Part shown: positions 26,107 through 26,919 of the stretch, in pieces
Layout: every line of letters starts with the position of its first letter
Position numbering within the stretch: position 1 is the first letter of the stretch
IMG/VR virus record: IMGVR_UViG_3300031519_004846
Coordinates: 1-26,919 of that record
DNA: 26,919 bases
DNA from: a virus
Lineage: Duplodnaviria > Caudoviricetes
Direction: 5' to 3' (one strand)
Translations under genes and position numbers: made by a program
Notes under the pieces: generated by a model
What the model was told of the DNA's origin: nothing
Databases searched by the model: none
Seen by the model: the letters and a program-made list of their open reading frames with translations, nothing else

Positions 26107-26850
26107 TTACTCGTCTCCATATACCCTAAGGACTTCTCTAACTGCCTGATGTCTTTCGATATCTCCTGTTTCAAACTGGACTACGTCCAAACGTTCTGAG
26201 TTACGTGCTTCTAATAGTCTAGTAAAATCTAGTAGACCATTATCCTTAAGCCTGTCTGCCTGATTTAGATCGCCTGTTACGGCCATCATGCTTCCTGTGC
26301 CTAATCGTGTTAGTAACATTTTCATCTGACTTGGTGTTGCGTTTTGCATCTCGTCTGCTAAAATAAACGCATCTTTAAAAGTTCTACCGCGCATATAAGC
26401 AAGCGGCGCAATTTCAATTATTCCTTCTTGAATCATCCCTTCTATTTCTTTTGCATGAAAATACTCTCTCAATACATCGAATATTGGTCGAGTCCATGGT
26501 GCCATTTTTTCTTCCAATGTACCTGGTAAAAAGCCTAGATCTTCATCAACAGACACAGCCGGTCTAGTAACGATAATCTTGTCAACAACGCCTTCTTTAA
26601 ATAGTTTGACCGCTACCTGCACAGCCAAAAGTGTTTTGCCTGTTCCTGCTGGACCTACGCCAAAGACTATGTCCTTCTTAGGGTCTAGTAAGGTTAACAC
26701 GTATTGTTCCTGGTTTCTATTACGGGGAAGTATTGTGACTTGCGTCTTCTTTTGGACTGAATGTCCCATTGGTTTGATATTAATTACGTTATCGTAATTG
26801 TTGTTAGTATGCTGCCTTGATTTTGCAGCTACTTTTCTCTTTGCACCCAT
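26107..26850 (-). CDS. phoH: PhoH-family ATPase
   Basis: GPAGTGKT, LGFLPG, LAYMRGRT, DEMQN, LTRLG and GDLNQ motifs; SD AGGAGG. Confidence 0.95.
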   Translation of the reverse strand: MGAKRKVAAKSRQHTNNNYDNVINIKPMGHSVQKKTQVTILPRNRNQEQYVLTLLDPKKDIVFGVGPAGTGKTLLAVQVAVKLFKEGVVDKIIVTRPAVSVDEDLGFLPGTLEEKMAPWTRPIFDVLREYFHAKEIEGMIQEGIIEIAPLAYMRGRTFKDAFILADEMQNATPSQMKMLLTRLGTGSMMAVTGDLNQADRLKDNGLLDFTRLLEARNSERLDVVQFETGDIERHQAVREVLRVYGDE

Positions 26851-26919
26851 TAAGTTCCCTCCTATTGGATTATGGAGTAAGACAGTATGCTTTTGAAGTA
26901 AAGCACTTGCCCTACAAAG

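Noticed and set aside
11938-26797. Remaining short antisense or alternative-frame ORFs in the track (e.g. 15801-16232, 16803-17111, 20651-20935, 23762-24094, 24288-24578, 26579-26797)
   Set aside because: They lie opposite or within confidently assigned genes and are best explained as shadow ORFs.
1-26919. Stop-codon reassignment, tRNA genes, introns or inteins
   Set aside because: TAA, TGA and TAG all end genes, and conserved enzymes (ThyA, PhoH, clamp loader, UvsE) are uninterrupted and of normal length. Intergenic gaps are short and show no cloverleaf by eye.

Overview
A 26.9-kb, AT-rich, gene-dense segment of a large tailed dsDNA phage (T4-like/myovirus-type), coded almost entirely on the + strand with the standard genetic code. 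From left to right it holds: queD-like PTPS, a glycosyltransferase, UvsE UV endonuclease, small membrane and Cys-rich proteins and an IscA/HesB Fe-S carrier; a ~13.4-kb virion tail/baseplate block (2271-aa fibre-like protein with a 195-nt tandem duplication, S8 subtilase, gp9/gp10-like and Ig-repeat proteins); and a replication, chaperone and nucleotide-metabolism block (stand-alone DnaE fragment, GroES-like, two MazG-like proteins, 3'-5' exonuclease, clamp loader, sulfotransferase, FdxA ferredoxin, 2OG-Fe(II) oxygenase, DHFR, PurS, ThyA, dCMP deaminase) converging on phoH. Both sigma70-type promoters and T4-late-like TAAATA boxes are visible. The strongest leads are a preQ1-I-like H-type pseudoknot with a possible SD-sequestering platform in the queD leader, and a DnaE gene that stops just before the catalytic PDxDxD motif, implying an intein-free split C-family polymerase alongside a gp44/RFC-type clamp loader. 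All assignments come from motif recognition by eye; no searches or folding programs were run.
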